Shown: piece by piece, positions 1 to 12,639 of the stretch
Numbering within the stretch: the stretch's first letter is position 1
Layout of the letters: every line of letters starts with the position of its first letter
From: Cyanidioschyzon merolae
Taxonomy: Eukaryota
NCBI GenBank assembly: GCA_000091205.1
Contig: AP006500.2
Length of the DNA stretch: 64,000 nt
Direction: 5' to 3' (one strand)
Position numbers and translations under genes: made by a program
Notes under the pieces: generated by a model
Databases searched by the model: none
The model's input: only the letters and a program-made list of their open reading frames with translations
Told to the model about the DNA's origin: nothing

Positions 1-639
1 GCAGTTGTCAATTTGGGAGAATTCCGTCTATGGTCTTGTAGCGGGGTTCCCGTGCCGAGCAGGTCGAGGTCATGGCCAGCCATCAGCTCCGAAAGGTGGT
101 GAATCAGAGCCGTGAGCTCCTCACTACGTGTCTCCAACTGAGCGAGCTGAGCTCGCAGCTCATTCACGCGCGAGGGTCTGGCTCGCGGCCAAGCTCGTGC
201 CTCGCAAGCCGCTCGTATACGTTGTTTCGTCTGAAGCACCTCGTTCAGTTCCTTGACGAGCTCAGCGTGCCGATCCACAAGCAACTTTCGCGCGTCATCG
301 TCGAGAGAACTGATACGCTCGTGTTCGCTCATATGGGAAACGGACGGCAAGATTTCGCGCACGTCGTCGCCGGTGTCTCGAAAGCGGTGCCCCTGCGCAC
401 TTCACAGGGATTCTCGCACCCTGTATCGACTTGAGTAAATAACACAAACGTTCATGAACACCTGATCACGCTATGGTATGCAGATGCTCGTCCCAGGCCG
501 CCCGCTTACGGAACAGAGGCGTCGTCTGCCCGCGCAGCACAGAAGCGCAACGGACGACCCGAAGCCTGTGTCTTGCCCCAACGCCGGCCAAGAACTGCGT
601 ATGCACGCCTAAACGTCCGCTGTGAACACTGTGCAAACG

Positions 640-657
640 CACACACACACACACACA
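640..657. repeat. (CA)9 dinucleotide microsatellite
   Basis: Direct read: acacacacacacacacaca in an intergenic stretch. Confidence 0.9.
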
Positions 658-1791
658 ATCGCTCGCTCGGTAGAGCAGAGACGTATCCCAGAGCGGCTCC
701 GAACAAAACAGGCAGGTAGTTCGCAGTCTCCTGCGTACCGAGTCGCGCGAGGGCAGCAGTGCCTTGCACGTGCGCGCTGTACTGAACATGCTGTCTCAAA
801 AAGAGCGCTTCGCTTTCGTGCGCTTTGGCAACGAGTGGATGCCAACCTTTGGTAAGACCTTTCGTTGGTGCATAGCTGAGGAATGATGCGTGCTTGTGCT
901 GTTATCAGCACTAAAGATTTGTCCTGTTTATGGACACGTCTGTTGACGTCGTGACGCGGACGGTCGTCTGTGAAGCGCGACGAATGCAGTAACGTGCACC
1001 GGAAATGAACCAGAGGTGATGCACCACTGGTAAATGAGTCAACACTGGTTCAGTAGGCTTGCTGAAAGAGGAATGAAGAGGACAACGTGCAGAGCGTGCT
1101 GCTGAAGCGTCGCATGGCTTACCGTGCAGAGTATCAGCACGCGCACTGCGGTACCAGTGGCACGCATGATTCGCGAAGCGTTCTGGAGTGCAGGAAACTT
1201 CGCTGTGGACTAAAGAACAACCAGGTCATGAATGCTGACGTACGCGTGCACCCTCAGACGTATTCTCAAGCAATCACTGCGGAGGAGGCGCGATAAAACA
1301 AAAGAAGCAAGTCTCGGTTATCGTCCTCCAGCTGCACTCGACAGAAACGCATCTGAAAGGTGCGCTTCGGCGTCGTCGGGTGTACGCTCCGGTGCGTCTA
1401 GCGCCCGTCCAGGCGGCCAGTGTAGAGTCGATGCCTGCGAGCACACGGCAATACGGTTGCATGCGTCAGCGTTATATCATGAAATGTAGACACTGGCGTG
1501 TCTCTGGGTGACAACTGCAGCGGTGGTGCATTGAGCGTCGCGGCTGACACCCACAGGGTAACTGGATAGGCGAGTCTCCTTCTAGTAGCGTACGTGCGCA
1601 TCTTGGTAGTGCTTGAAATCGTGCACGGACGTGCACTGGTGCTTCGACGAGAAAGCACCTCGCCAGAGATGGCGAATCAGAAAATGCTACCGCTGCCACC
1701 GCCGGAGACCAATTGTGCTTTTCTGCTTCGCCTGTTCAAGGGCACGTGCCTTGTCTGCAAGCTGTATGGTCAGGTATATCGAATCATGGAT

Positions 1792-1810
1792 CACCACCAC
1801 CACCACCACC

Positions 1811-1843
<33 letters not shown>
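1792..1843. repeat. (CAC)~11(CAT)~6 compound trinucleotide microsatellite (would encode poly-His in one frame)
   Basis: Direct read. The paralogous tract at 14069-14132 is longer. Confidence 0.9.
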
Positions 1844-2172
1844 GTTCACCAATGGCCCAGGAAAATCATGCCCGGCATACGCATAGGCGGGATGGTAGCA
1901 TTGCTGAATCGCCGACTCGTGCCATACCGGTGCCTTGCTCCAGGCGAGCGTTCAACGCACGCTCTCTTGCTCAATCATACTTTTTCGTCGCAAGTCTTCG
2001 GCATTTAAACACAGTGCCCACACGGAGCACGAATCGATTCGCTTTAAACTTCGCTCGATACACATAGCCGATAGACGCCCCCCAGGCACGAGACTTTTCC
2101 GGGTGTTGATCGAGACGTTCATGGCTCGGAGCGGAGCCTGCGCCCGCACACATGACTTGCGATGGAATCACA

Positions 2173-3109
2173 CCAAAGTGAGCCTGCCAGCTTCAATTGC
2201 CTCGCAATTTGACGTCCGAGGTCCGCTCGCAGTATCCCATGTCGGACATTCCAAAGTGAGCCTGCCAGCTTCATTTGCCTCGCAATATGACGTCCGAGGT
2301 CCGCTCGCAGTATCCCATGACGGACATTCCAAAGTGAGCCTGCCAGCTTCATTTGCCTCGCAATATGACGTCCGAGGTCCGCTCGCAGTATCCCATGTCG
2401 GACATTCCAAAGTGAGCCTGCCAGCTTCTATTGCCTCGCAATACGACGTCCGAGGTCCGCTCGCAGTATCCCATGACGGACATTCCAAAGTGAGCCTGCC
2501 AGCTTCATTTGCCTCGCAATATGACGTCCGAGGTCCGCTCGCAGTATCCCATGACGGACATTCCAAAGTGAGCCTGCCAGCTTCATTTGCCTCGCAATAT
2601 GACGTCCGAGGTCCGCTCGCAGTATCCCATGTCGGACATTCCAAAGTGAGCCTGCCAGCTTCTATTGCCTCGCAATACGACGTCCGAGGTCCGCTCGCAG
2701 TATCCCATGACGGACATTCCAAAGTGAGCCTGCCAGCTTCATTTGCCTCGCAATATGACGTCCGAGGTCCGCTCGCAGTATCCCATGACGGACATTCCAA
2801 AGTGAGCCTGCCAGCTTCATTTGCCTCGCAATATGACGTCCGAGGTCCGCTCGCAGTATCCCATGACGGACATTCCAAAGTGAGCCTGCCAGCTTCTATT
2901 GCCTCGCAATATGACGTCCGAGGTCCGCTCGCAGTATCCCATGTCGGACATTCCAAAGTGAGCCCGCCAGCTTCAATTGCTACGCAATACGACGTCCGAG
3001 GTCCGCTCGCAGTATCCCATGTCGGACATTCCAAAGTGAGCCCGCCAGCTTCTATTGCCTCGCAATACGACGTCCGAGGTCCGCTCGCAATATCCCATGT
3101 CGGACATTC
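2173..3109. repeat. 78-bp tandem repeat array, 12 units, with a 3-unit (234 bp) higher-order pattern in units 2-7
   Basis: Period counted directly (ccaaagtgagcctgccagcttcatttgcctcgcaatatgacgtccgaggtccgctcgcagtatcccatgacggacattc = 78 nt). 937 bp = 12.0 units. Variant positions (tcatttgcc/tctattgcc, caatatgac/caatacgac, atgacgg/atgtcgg) recur in a 3-unit cycle. Three frames are open across the array (ORFs 1935..3140 +, 2168..3184 -, 2119..2352 -), which argues for a stop-free repeat rather than a confident CDS. Confidence 0.9.
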
Positions 3110-5623
3110 GGCCCTGTTTCCCAAGTGGCGCTCAACGTAGACGCAGCACGAGCATCCGCACTCGAGCTCCGTCTGCGTCGCCATCTAGTCCTCCACAGGA
3201 AACGTGCAACATCGATTCCTGCACTCGCTGTACGCACAGGAGTCCAGCGTTTGCGTGCCACAGCACATCCAGCGCCACAGGCTTCCAGCAATCGACGCGA
3301 CCTGTTGGGTACTCCCTTTTCCAACTGGTCCAGGAGCTTTGCGAGTGCGCGCCCCTCGCCTCCGTCCAACCGAGTCCGTTGGTGGCCCCCCAGCGCCGTC
3401 TCACGGAATCCTGCCAAAGGCTGTGCGCATGCGCAGGTCAGACGCTCGTGCGCGCTCTGAGTTAAAAGTGGAAACCCATCCCACGCTGCTCGACACACTG
3501 CTCAGCGCGTTCACTTTCAGGTCCTGACGCAGTCATTCCGCCTCGTACTTCGCCGTATGCCATCCAAGGTGATGCGCGGCTCCCGATCATACCAAGTGCT
3601 GGACGCGCTGGGCAGCTCCGTCTGCTTGCCATTCAGGTCTTGGGCGGCGCCGTCCGCCTCATTTGCATACACGGGGACGACAAGGGCGCTCTTCAACCTC
3701 GGATCCACGCTCCCAACAGCGACTTTCTCCTCGTCTGCCTTGAACAGTTGAAAATGAGCCTCGTTGGTGACCCAGGTCACGCTTTCACGACGCCCATGCG
3801 TACTGGAGATCCGTCGGTATCCAAAGCCTCGCTACGCGCTGCACGCCATGCCTTCCATGGAGACTAGAAACATCTGAAGAAGCGCCGCCGACGCTTTTCG
3901 TGGACCTGTTCGAGTCCGTCATACTTGCGCGGAGACACCGGATCCTTCTTCGAATACTCCGGTACCTGGCGGAGCAGCACGGACAGCGACGCTTCACTCC
4001 GTATCCGTCTCTTCTTCGGGATCCAGATGCACTGGGTGGACGACGAGCGCCAAGCTCTCCCATACTCTGCTTGTATGCACGCTATCCTCTGTGATGCTTT
4101 TCGTGACCTCATGGGTCACGAGCACGCCCACGGAGTGCAGCGTGCGTTTCCGTTCGCTCCCGCGCACGACCAGGGCGCAGCAGCACAGCAGCTCTCGACC
4201 CCTGCATAGAAGAGAGTAAAGTCGTGGATTCGTCACAGAACGTTGTCTCGGAGGCGAACGACGCATCGACGGATCCGTGAGTGTCCACATGACCTTGGCG
4301 AGCAGACAAGTCGCCCTCGACTGGATGGAGTCGACGAGACCCAGCCCACACTAGGAGCCGTCCACGGCCGTGCGCAGCAGCGTGCGCCTTGGTCGCTTTT
4401 CAGTGGTGATTCGCGACGTCGTAGATTAACAGGACGGTAGAGTACCTGAAGAAGAAGAAGAAGGAGACACAGCAGAAGCCAAGGAGAGTTTCGTCGACTC
4501 GTGAGGCAACAAACGAGCAGGGCTTTCTCGCGAGCTGCAGACCATCACACCAAAACCCTCTCTGCTGCTAACGCCAACACCGTTCTCACTACGGCTGGTC
4601 TCCTGTTTATGACCAGAAGCTTGCCGCAATTTGAGCTCCCATATACACGCCAAGCATCGCTTCCAAATAAAGCCCCATCGACTTCGATGGACACCAGTCC
4701 GCCCTGTGATGAGCATTCGCATTGCCGTTCGGAATCGAACGCGTGGTACTCCACTCGCGACAGTCTCCCAGACAGGCGTGCTTGCTTTTCGTCATCCATC
4801 CGCGTCTTTTCGTCCCAGTTCGTATCGACAGCACAGAAACATCACGCCGTTTGGATTTCTCTCGGTAGGACGTCTCAGGGCACGCAAGCTTAGAAAGCGA
4901 CTGACGAGGCGACACTCGGGTAGAAAGTGCCGGAAAATTTCCGTTTTCGCTCGACAACGTTCATGATATCGGTGAGGATTCGGTTGGTTCACCCATGTGC
5001 TGACCGTGGAATGACTGACTTGTACATGTATGAGCTTTTCTTGCGAGCTCGTCCTGGCAGCATCAAGTCTCTCTGCGCCCGTTCTCCAATATCCAGCATA
5101 CACTCCGTCGGATGAAGACCTGCGACATCGATAAACGAAAACACCAGCGTGCTTGCTGGTACAAGGCACCCATGAATTCATGAATCTAAGTCTCTGAGTA
5201 TAACAATGCACAGGCGTACATATAAACATGAACGTGCCAAAGATCCGCGATGAGCGTCTAATCGGGAGGTTGCGTACGAGACGCACACCGCCCCGCCGAC
5301 GGCTGCTGCACCAGCAAGCTGGGTAGAAGGTCTTGACATGATTCAGGCGTGTTGCTGGTGCATCTGGCATTCGCCTCGAGGCCAAGTCTCCGTCGTAAAC
5401 GCGCGTAGATTTACAACCAACCCTGTCAACTCAAACGTGCGTGACCTGTATCGGAATCGTGTCCAACCTGGTATCATGCGTTTCTGCCCGCTCGCTCAAC
5501 GAGTCTCAGCAGCGCTTGAGAAGCCAGGTTGCATCGCGCAGCCATATGACCTGCAATCAAGTAACACGCTACGTTTCCCGAATGGTCATCATCAGGGCAA
5601 TGGATGCAGTGCCTGTCTCGTAT

Positions 5624-7237
5624 CTAGTTGGGCACGAGCAGCTTTCGTTCAACAAGCGAGCGGGGCCGCCGCTTATGCTCCAAACGCATCTCGTTTTCTG
5701 GTGCAAGTCCGATGCAAGCTCTGAGAATGTTTTCGATGCAGAGGCGCTGACGTGCTAGCGCATTCACCACAGGAGTGCCCTCTGGCACAACGGGTGCCTT
5801 GAGGAAATAGCTCAGTAGCGACAACACGGGATGGAAACGCTCAAATTTTTCCTCATCGGCTCTCTTCATCTCAATACGCTCTGCAAGCTCTGCGAGAATG
5901 GTCAGGTCGAGGATAAGTGGCGCCGCTAGAAGCGAGTCCTCACAGGTCTGGTGAACGACAATGGTGTTCCGTCCGCCCATGAAGATTTCGCTTTCGTACT
6001 CGTCGAGCGCACGTTTGCTATCGCCAACCGCCGGCACATACTTGATGACAACTAAATGGTCCGGACTCTCACCGGGCCTGTAGAGAACCCCGTTACTGGC
6101 AACCATGTCATCCACAACGCTTGACTTGGATATTTCCTTGCTACGAAACTGGCTCGGTGCCGATAAATTCTTTCCATCATTATTACCGAGATGATTATAG
6201 GAGGCTATCGAGAGGGGTTTGATACCGGCACCGATCAGAAAATCAGCGAGAACTGATTTCAGCTTTGTTTGACCCGATTTGAAATCATCGCCACCAATAA
6301 AGACGTCACGTTGCACAGCGAGGTCGATAACCCCGGGCACAAACGTGTTCTGCGGAGAACCGTTAATAAACGAGCAGCCTTCCAGAATTGATGCTGTGGC
6401 AAATAGCGCGCTCGGCGATATCTCCGAGTGACTCGCAGCAATTGCGTGCAGAAGATTCTCCGCGGTATCGTTCACCCCCTCCATGACAGTAGCGTAGCGT
6501 TCCGTGTTGGCCGTCCACAGCACGATGACCTTTTCCACGTTCCTCTCGGCTTTGAAAGCGCGAATATCTGCGCGGATTTTCTCCAAATGTTCCCACTTGT
6601 TGGTGCCCGGGATCAGATTGTCGGCACGTGACGCCTGGTTCGCCGCAATGAAATCCCCATACAGCACCGATGGTAAAGGTTTCAAAGGGGCCATGTACGG
6701 CTCGAGCTGCAGCTGCAGATCGTAGTCAAGTACTTGCGCGCGACGCATCGCTTCTGCGAGGTTCGCACTGGAGATATCCCAGCCACCAATCTCCAGGTCG
6801 TTGGGATTCACCATCGGCAATAGGGCGCGCAAAGGCACAAATACGTCCTCCTCAAATCGCCCGTCGCTTTCGTAAAGACTACCCAGCCGAACGGTGGCGG
6901 ACTGTGTTAGAGAGCCGAAATAGTTCGGAGTCTGAATGCCGTGCTTCGTACGCCAGGTGATGCCCTCGCGGTTCGCAATGACTGCACCAGTGACGGTACT
7001 GCCGTTGTTGCCACCCCAGCCCACCAGCATAAGACCCACCCTCGGTACACGACGCTGCGTGCGGAAAGTATACTTGACCGATAAAGGCCGCACAATCGCA
7101 CGACCACTGTTTCGCTCCAAACGCACGGCATTCGTTTCGTAGTCGACGTCCGCTTCTATGTAGTCGGGCGTGTACCGCACGTTCGGCGCTTGAACGTAAA
7201 CCTCTTCTGCGAGCATTTTCTGCAAGTTCCTAACCAC
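5624..7237 (-). CDS. INO1: myo-inositol-3-phosphate synthase (inositol-1-phosphate synthase), 537 aa, intact single ORF
   Basis: Translation carries hallmark MIPS motifs from established family knowledge: GWGGNNGST near the N-terminus, [10 protein letters not shown], and the NAD-binding region. Length matches eukaryotic MIPS. Confidence 0.95.
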   Translation of the reverse strand: MVRNLQKMLAEEVYVQAPNVRYTPDYIEADVDYETNAVRLERNSGRAIVRPLSVKYTFRTQRRVPRVGLMLVGWGGNNGSTVTGAVIANREGITWRTKHGIQTPNYFGSLTQSATVRLGSLYESDGRFEEDVFVPLRALLPMVNPNDLEIGGWDISSANLAEAMRRAQVLDYDLQLQLEPYMAPLKPLPSVLYGDFIAANQASRADNLIPGTNKWEHLEKIRADIRAFKAERNVEKVIVLWTANTERYATVMEGVNDTAENLLHAIAASHSEISPSALFATASILEGCSFINGSPQNTFVPGVIDLAVQRDVFIGGDDFKSGQTKLKSVLADFLIGAGIKPLSIASYNHLGNNDGKNLSAPSQFRSKEISKSSVVDDMVASNGVLYRPGESPDHLVVIKYVPAVGDSKRALDEYESEIFMGGRNTIVVHQTCEDSLLAAPLILDLTILAELAERIEMKRADEEKFERFHPVLSLLSYFLKAPVVPEGTPVVNALARQRLCIENILRACIGLAPENEMRLEHKRRPRSLVERKLLVPN

Positions 7238-9541
7238 CAGTTAGAGTCAAGCGATGAAATGAAGCGACGTTTTCCCACACAAACCGCGCACCTCTGCAAA
7301 CGTGTCCGCACAGTGCACTGTGCACGTCGAGCGTACAATCCCGCTTTTACGACACAAAGCGTCGATGTAAGGTATTGCCCTGCAGAGGGCGCCCCGCGTT
7401 CGTGATTGGATGGCGCGCAGCACGACACGCGACGGTGCATGTGTTCGAATTCGCTATCGCGAAGCCCGCCGGTGCACAACGTGGCGGTAGACAGCGCATC
7501 GACGGCATCGCCGCGTTCCATGCGCGCATTCAATTGCGCACGCGGGTTGCTGGCGATGCGCGCTATGGATGGCGATTGACGGCAGGTCGCACAGCTGCAC
7601 GTGTCGCCGCCTGGCGCGGCGGCGCTGCAGGGATCGTGCAGCGCACCGGCGGCTGCTCCAATCGGGGGCGGAACGTTGGTCGTCGCCTGTATGTCCGTTT
7701 TGTTGCCTTTCATCCACATTGCGTTCCAGTGTCCAGGTGCATGTCACCAAGTGCTCTTCCACAGCTCAGAGCAGGTGCGTTTTAAGTGCGTTGATTGGAG
7801 GTAATAAAAGATGCAAGGAAAAGTTATGGATGTGCAAGTCAGGGACACTTGAGGGCCGCCATTGTCGGGTGCTGGTAGAAACGATAAAATCCTCTTCTCG
7901 CCGAACATCGAGCGAAAAGGATCAAGTCATGGAGAAGTAGAAGAGCGCAGATTGACGAGAAAAGGTGTTTCGCCGACGGGACGCTGAGGAGACTCTAGTG
8001 GCACAGAGGGCACGAGTCTGAGGAATTCTAGCAATAGTGGGTTAAAGTAGAGGCACGAAATGCATGGAGTTCGTGAACCGGGACCTGGCGCCGCCATTAT
8101 TGTCAGAAGATGTGTGGTGCTGAAGACGAGGCCCGCGGAGCTGACGCGATCCAACTTTGTGCGGTGTCCTGCAGGCCTCGGAGTTTGCAGGAAGAAAATG
8201 AAAACGATAGCATAGCGGTGGTCAAAATGGCAGGGAGACTTCTCTGAGTAGGTATATACATACTCTCCATGGCCGAAGAACGTTTCTCCTTTGTTTGGTC
8301 TCATACAGGTCTCGTGGAGCAGCGTGCTGGAGGCCGATCGCTTGTATCCGCAGGCACGCCAAATAGGGGCATCTTCCGCGCCTGCTATGGATCAGAATGA
8401 TGTTGCCGATAGATGCTATGCCAGACACTGAGGCGAGTGAGCATCTAGTTCCCAGAGGTTTTCATAAAGAATGCGTGATGCGCCTGAAAAACGACGAGCA
8501 CGCACTTCGAGCGGCGATTCTATCGTTTGCGAATGCTCCCGAACCGTTCCACTGAATTCTTCCGATCGCGACAAGGTGTGCAATGGACTCGTCAAGCATC
8601 CCTCGCATCTAATGGTATTTCTCGATAACAGGGTAGACACGAAAATTCCTTCGTGGATGGCATCGATCGCTGATGCACCTGGTCGAATCGATGCCTTCCC
8701 CCCGGACACGGATGCACCATTGCTGAACCTGTCTTTTTTCATCACAGTTCGATGTACGATGTCGAGATGTGCGCAGCGCTACCTTGCCCACTAATATGCT
8801 AAAATCTATATTGCGCATCCCACATCGCTGATCGATCCAGTGATGTATAGAAAGCTCGCTAAATGAAAGGTGCTCGAGACGTTGTCGCGCATGCACTGTA
8901 TGCCGCACCGTGCACCATTCTATAGCGGCATCAGTGCTTCATTACCTTCCGGGTGAAGGATCCAGCGAATCGGATGCACTTACGAGCGCAGCGTGTCTTT
9001 CGCACCTGCGCACTGGTGAGTGCCAAGCAAACGCCCGCGCCGCGAACCGACACCGCATCCCATGCACGACCGCGAAGAGGAGCGACACTGCTCTCAGCAT
9101 TCATCCTAACAGCCGAGTTCCTCTAACGTGTCTTGCAGCGAAGGCAAGTCAGCATCCGCAGGCTGACTGATCACAAGTAGACATCGAGACCTGAACCTGT
9201 GTCGGGTGAAGCACGCCTCGAGCCTACGCCCTCTGTGGTACGACAACACCGGTGCTATATGCGCAATCGCGGACGCAAGATAGAACGTATGAATCGACCA
9301 GTGTATCCGAGAGGAAGTATGGGTAATGGAACTTGGAAGTAGGTCATGGAGCAATATATGCTTCACCGCGCAACGCGATAATCGGCGTACAGTGGGCGAA
9401 CGCTGGCCTGTGTAAGCGTTTCGCAAATGAACAGAAATCAGTGCTTCGTGATCGGCAGCGGCGGCGCTGGCAACGCCATACAGCGTAACCTCGAACGGCA
9501 GCGGTGCGCACTGCAGCGCGGCACGCTCCTACCGGATATCT

Positions 9542-12352
9542 TTGGCTCGCGGCGTCTTCTATCCAACAGGGATCGAAGAAGCTGGTTGGCTCTCCCTGCT
9601 TGCTATTAGGGTTCCGGAAATGGAAGAAAGACGCAGTGACGTCTTTGATCCCCTGCCGGATCGTAGTCACGCGGCGATCTCGTGGCGAACAGCGGAACCG
9701 CAGACGCCGTCGCCACCGCTGCCAACGGACTTTCCGCGGCCGGTGTCTGCACCGCCCGACTTGGAAGTCCCCGAGCCTTTGCTGCTCGCGTCGTCGGGGA
9801 TCCAACCGAACTGGTTCTCAATCGTGGATATTCGTGCTGATATGGACTATGAATCGTTCTATGATGCTTTTAAGGCGCAAACGAAACTGCCTCCGCCGTT
9901 GGACTCGAGCGTCTTGCGCGGCGACTTTCGAACGGTGCAGCGAGTCCGAAGTCAAAACGAGCGGAGAGAGCACGTATCCATGGACGCTGCGCTGGAACAG
10001 GCGGGTCACGCGTTGGCTGGTCTAGGGGGTACTGGGGGAGCCTCGCTAACGCCGCACTCGTTGGCAGCGTCAAACCGCGGTTATGGCGAGGCGATGCGGT
10101 TCACAGATCCGCACGGGGGGCTCTTAACCATGGAACAAGTTGCGGTCTCGAGCCACGCGGCTCTGGGCAAAGGGCCTGCGTCGCCGGATCAGATGTTATT
10201 CCCCGGAAGCCGAGCCTCACAGATGATGGCAGGGAGCGGCGCGCCTGCAGAGGTATTGCGGCCGGTTGCGAACGCTGGCGCGCTCTTGCGACGCGACGAC
10301 AGTGACGCCTCCGTGGAGAACTTAATTTTCCGTGAAACGCTCAAATACGCCCGACAACTGGACAGGGAGAGTTCGGAAAGCGATCTGAGCACGACCGCGG
10401 AGCGGCGGATAACCGGCTCTGCGACCCAGACAACGAACGCTGCTATATATCATGAGGCGGATCGGCGACTCTGGCAAGCACCGCTCGTCGCTACCACGGT
10501 GCTTTACTCGTCCACGAAGCCGCATCCTGACACTAACGACAATGCGCTCGCACAGAAGGCTGTAGGCTTGGCGGGCACTCAGGATACGGACGGCACAAAA
10601 AATCACGCCGCAGCAACAGCAGCTGCTGCGAGCGCTCCCTCTCATATTTCCGACAACAGCGCAGGTGCAGGTCGTATCCCAAGTGGTGGTACCGGCTGTG
10701 AAGCCGGCGAACGATACGAGGAGCGCAGCTCGCCCCGATCGCGGAACGAACTCGCTGCTGGCATCCAGCGGGGCGTACCGTCGCGTTCGCAGACTCCATC
10801 GATGGCTGCTATTGCAGCCGTGAGTCCGCCCGTTGCCACGATCACCCCGGGGAGTTGTGCAGCAACCTCCGTCGTGCCGCGCATCCCAGTGACGACCTCC
10901 ACGATGGGCGCTCAAGTGGCTCAGACATCCACCCTGATGCCAGCCTGGACAGAAGCTGTTGCGCCAGTCCAGAGTATGGAGAATAGTGGCGCCTTTGACA
11001 TTCGGGATATTCGCGCTCCGCTACCGCACCCGGGTGCCGAGCATCTGCCGAAAAAACCATGGAGCACACGCGGGCGTCCCCGTCGAGCTCCGCGAAACAC
11101 AGCCCGTAGCAGCATTTATCTGGGGCAACATCAAGCGATGCCGTCTCAAGAGCTGCCTGTTGGACTCGATGCTGCGGCTTCTGGTCACCAACCGCATCAT
11201 CCTGAGCTTGTCTCGTTCAAGAGTGCTGCTCTTGCGGCATCCATTCCGACAAACACAGCGCCTGACGGGGCCTTGAGTGACGCGTCTGCCCCGCTCTCTT
11301 GCTTTGCTGGGCGTATGGCGCTGATGGCTCGGGATCAACAGGGAGGCCGCTACCTCCAGGCGCGTCTCGATGTCAAGAATGCTGCAGACACGGCGCTTAT
11401 TTTCGAGGAGTGTCGACCGCATTTCGTGGAGCTTGCGATGGATCCTTTTGGGAACTATCTATGTCAGAAACTCTTCGAGCACTGCAACCGCGAGCAACGG
11501 CTAGAGCTCATTCGACAGAGTGCATCGCAGCTGGCTCAGGTTTGTATGGACCCGCATGGAACTCGCGTTGTGCAGAAAATGATCGAGCTTACCGTTGAAC
11601 CTGAGCACGCCGCACTCATCGCCCAGGCCATCTCGCCGCACTGCCTATCGCTGATGTGTGACGTGAATGGAAATCACGTCATTCAGCGATGCTTACAGAG
11701 AATGGATGTCCCGTTGAGACGCTTTATCTACGACACCGCCCTCACGCGTTATCTGGAAATCGCGAGGCATCGACACGGCTGCTGTGTACTGCAGCGTTGC
11801 CTCGATCACGCGACGGCGGAACAGCGCAGCAACCTCTGCGCCCTGATTCTGAACAGTGCCTATGAACTGATGCAAGACCCGTTCGGCAACTACGTCGTAC
11901 AGTACGTGTTAGAGCTCAAGGAGCCGTCGTATACGAGGGCAATCATTCAACGCATTCGTGGCCACCTTTGGCAGCTTTCCATGCAAAAGTTTAGCTCGAA
12001 CGTGGTAGAGAAAGTCTTCACGATGGCGAACGAGCGAGACCTGCGATCACTGCTTCACGAGCTTTTAGAAGGCCCACAGTCGGTCGAGAGCATGCCGCTA
12101 CAGGTCGGCTCCGAGCAGCACCAACGAAATATACGACCCCTGCTTTTCGATCCGTATGCAAACTACGTCGTTCAGCGGGCGCTTTCGCTGGCGCCCTCAC
12201 CCGTGTTTGAAGCGTTGCGGGAAGCGATTCAACCGCACCTGGCGGAGCTGCGCGGCACACCCTTCGGGAAACGTATTCAAGCTCGCCTCTCACGGACGCC
12301 TTTGCGGACCGGTTCAGCGGTGACGTCCGCGAACGGCTCCAAACGACTCTAG
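9542..12352 (+). CDS. Pumilio/PUF-family RNA-binding protein, 936 aa, with a C-terminal array of about 8 Puf repeats and a long low-complexity N-terminal region
   Basis: C-terminal half contains successive Puf-repeat signatures: FGNYLCQKLFEHC, DPHGTRVVQKMIE, DVNGNHVIQRCLQ, HRHGCCVLQRCLDHA, DPFGNYVVQYVLE, QKFSSNVVEKVF, DPYANYVVQRAL. The true start may be an internal Met (e.g. MEERRSD...). Confidence 0.9.
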   Translation: MARGVFYPTGIEEAGWLSLLAIRVPEMEERRSDVFDPLPDRSHAAISWRTAEPQTPSPPLPTDFPRPVSAPPDLEVPEPLLLASSGIQPNWFSIVDIRADMDYESFYDAFKAQTKLPPPLDSSVLRGDFRTVQRVRSQNERREHVSMDAALEQAGHALAGLGGTGGASLTPHSLAASNRGYGEAMRFTDPHGGLLTMEQVAVSSHAALGKGPASPDQMLFPGSRASQMMAGSGAPAEVLRPVANAGALLRRDDSDASVENLIFRETLKYARQLDRESSESDLSTTAERRITGSATQTTNAAIYHEADRRLWQAPLVATTVLYSSTKPHPDTNDNALAQKAVGLAGTQDTDGTKNHAAATAAAASAPSHISDNSAGAGRIPSGGTGCEAGERYEERSSPRSRNELAAGIQRGVPSRSQTPSMAAIAAVSPPVATITPGSCAATSVVPRIPVTTSTMGAQVAQTSTLMPAWTEAVAPVQSMENSGAFDIRDIRAPLPHPGAEHLPKKPWSTRGRPRRAPRNTARSSIYLGQHQAMPSQELPVGLDAAASGHQPHHPELVSFKSAALAASIPTNTAPDGALSDASAPLSCFAGRMALMARDQQGGRYLQARLDVKNAADTALIFEECRPHFVELAMDPFGNYLCQKLFEHCNREQRLELIRQSASQLAQVCMDPHGTRVVQKMIELTVEPEHAALIAQAISPHCLSLMCDVNGNHVIQRCLQRMDVPLRRFIYDTALTRYLEIARHRHGCCVLQRCLDHATAEQRSNLCALILNSAYELMQDPFGNYVVQYVLELKEPSYTRAIIQRIRGHLWQLSMQKFSSNVVEKVFTMANERDLRSLLHELLEGPQSVESMPLQVGSEQHQRNIRPLLFDPYANYVVQRALSLAPSPVFEALREAIQPHLAELRGTPFGKRIQARLSRTPLRTGSAVTSANGSKRL

Positions 12353-12639
12353 CAAGCACATAAAAGCAGCTTGCAGCGCTGTCGTGCGGACGCTGGACAT
12401 GGCGCAGCAGCGTCACTTGGGAGTTCTGGACGTGCTTCGGAGACAGTTGACCGCGGCAGTGCCGGTTTCCAAGAACAGAGGGCGAAACCCCGGGACTTGG
12501 GTCGTTTCCGACGCCTTGCTGTTGTTCTTGTTCTTGTTGTTGTTGTTGCTGCTGCTAGATCCATGTCGGAATAGAATAGAACCGGTCCGCTTTGTTCACA
12601 CGGGCATACACGCTGGAATTTGAGCATGTTCTCATGTTC

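Larger units (their letters stand above)
1750..5192 (+). repeat. Segmental duplication copy I (~3.4 kb), containing a (CAC)n(CAT)n microsatellite, a 78-bp tandem array and ~2.1 kb of non-coding-looking sequence
   Basis: Near-identical, same-orientation alignment to 14025-17097. Homology starts at 'tatggtcaggtat'/'tacggtcaggtat' and ends at '...catgaattcatgaatctaagtctc'. The ORF track lists paired ORFs with almost identical translations in both copies (e.g. 3052..3498 vs 14951..15397; 4792..5385 vs 16696..17202). Confidence 0.85.

Noticed and set aside
1594-2067. 157-aa ORF containing H17 (and paralogue 13994..14356 with H22)
   Set aside because: The poly-His is simply the translation of a (CAC)n(CAT)n microsatellite. 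Flanking sequence is unconserved, and a second overlapping frame is equally open (poly-Thr/Ile). Treated as non-coding within the duplicated module.
2173-3109. Regular direct repeats that might suggest a CRISPR array
   Set aside because: Units are 78 bp and directly abutting, with no unique spacers. The context is eukaryotic (Pumilio, USP, NOC3, PCID2 genes; no cas genes). It is a satellite/minisatellite.
7238-9541. Several 100-190-aa ORFs on both strands between INO1 and the PUF gene (e.g. 7156..7719, 7375..7785, 7927..8304)
   Set aside because: Overlapping, mutually exclusive, Arg/Ala/Cys-rich GC-composition ORFs with no motifs. This is the divergent promoter region of two well-supported genes.
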